Of a stretch of DNA of 64,000 nt, positions 63,031 through 64,000 are shown in pieces. The stretch is from the NCBI GenBank assembly GCA_963834535.1, contig CAWICC010000004.1:1179966-1243965 (forward strand). Reading direction: 5' to 3'. The DNA comes from an uncultured delta proteobacterium (GTDB taxonomy: Bacteria > Desulfobacterota > Binatia > Binatales > Binataceae). How positions within the stretch are numbered: position 1 is the first letter of the stretch; each line of letters starts with the position of its first letter. The notes under the pieces were generated by a model that saw nothing but the letters and a program-made list of their open reading frames with translations, did not search any database and was not told the DNA's origin. Position numbers and translations under genes: made by a program.

Positions 63031-64000
63031 TATCAAGCAATCTCGGAACAGTTTTACGGCAACCGGCTGCTCTTCGGGGACCCGGCCGATGCGGGCGTGG
63101 TGGCGGTCGAAATCGCGTCACGCAACGAAGTCGAGGTGTTCAAGCGGCGCAAGGGGGGGCATGGCCGGGAAATAGTCCGCGAGCGGCGGCCGCTGAAGCT
63201 GTTCGTGCTGATCGCGGACCGCGCGCTGATGAGCGGCTTCACGGGTGCACACGAGATCGTTGACCTCGCCGGCGATTTCCATTTTCGCCATGCCGTCATA
63301 TTCGACAGCACCGACGCGCTGGAGGCGGCACGGCGTCATCTGCGGATGATCAGCGGCAAGTCGGGCGGAGCGACCGACGCGCCGTGGTTCGCGCTCGCAG
63401 ATCCGGTCGAGCAGCACCTGATGCTGAGCGGGACGACGTTTTTCATGGGGCTGCAATTCGGCGACCTGCGACGCATGCAGATCGATATCGAGACGTACAT
63501 CAGTCCGGGTTTCGAGTTTCCCACGGCGGCGCGCGAAGGCGATCGCGTGATCGCGATCGCAATCAGCGATACCGACGGCTTCGAGCGCGTGCTGCGCGGC
63601 GACGTGATGGACGAGCGGGCGATGCTCGAAGAGCTGGTGAGGATCGTGCGCGAGCGCGACGCTGACGTGATCGAAGGGCACAACCTGTTTCGCTTCGACC
63701 TCGAGTACCTGGAGGAGCGGGCGCGGCGCCATCGGGTGAAGCTCGCGCTGGGGCGGGACGGCAGCGCGTTGCGGGGACGACCGTCGCGGCTGCAGATAGC
63801 GGAGCGATCGATCGCATTTCGGCGCTACGACATTTACGGCCGCAGCATCATCGACACGTGGATCCTGGCGCAACACTACGATATCGCGAGCCGCGCGCTG
63901 GAGAGCTTCGGCTTGAAGGACCTAGCGATTCATTTCGGGCTGGCGCGCCCGGGGCGGGTGTACCTGGACGCGTCGCGGGTGAGCGAGCATTTCGCGCAAC
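63031..64000 (+). pseudogene. family-B DNA polymerase-like protein (N-terminal + 3'-5' exonuclease domain), partial at window end; frame offset inside a G8 run (63153-63160)
   Basis: My translation gives MNRYQAISEQFYGNRLLFGD..VEVFKRRKGG, then a shift to HGREIVRERRPLKLFVLIAD..MQIDIETY (ExoI DxE)..EGHNLFRFDLEYL (ExoII)..SFGLKDLAIHFG. The downstream frame is absent from the ORF track because it has no stop codon in the window. Confidence 0.65.

Overview
GC-rich bacterial chromosomal segment starting at the replication-initiation locus (hemL divergent from dnaA-dnaN, with DnaA boxes upstream of dnaA). It is dominated by core functions. On the minus strand a long arginine/lysine block runs argB-argD-argF-argG-(small Zn-ribbon ORF)-argH-lipoprotein-lysA-dapF-dapA, followed by xerC-hslV-hslU. 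Also present are glmU-glmS, rpoD, rpsU, trxA, fabI, gloB, asnS, a UvrD-type helicase and a MacAB-type efflux pair. Accessory metabolism has two parts. One is an operon of a double-domain family III CoA-transferase, a 71-aa peptide and an amidase. The other is an aromatic-type catabolic cluster: Rieske oxygenase alpha/beta, two tandem Zn-ADH paralogs, two amidohydrolase-2 paralogs and an ACAD-fold enzyme. I recognise no rRNA, tRNA, CRISPR array, transposase or prophage. I do not see a clear-cut novel multi-gene system such as a defence island; the findings below are individually modest leads. (1) Five conserved genes, including asnS, each carry a one-base frame offset of the same sign. (2) The fused CoA-transferase appears to have a degenerate N-terminal active site. 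(3) Inverted homologous blocks with a 22-bp perfect palindrome flank one amidohydrolase paralog. (4) A candidate sRNA has CCUCCUCCC-type loops. (5) A near-consensus sigma-54 promoter precedes two tiny membrane-protein genes. (6) A 43-nt perfect palindrome lies inside the macB linker. (7) A ~1.8-kb low-coding segment (24.6-26.35 kb) contains only orphan ORFs. Many long ORFs in the six-frame track are antisense shadow ORFs typical of high-GC DNA and are not called.
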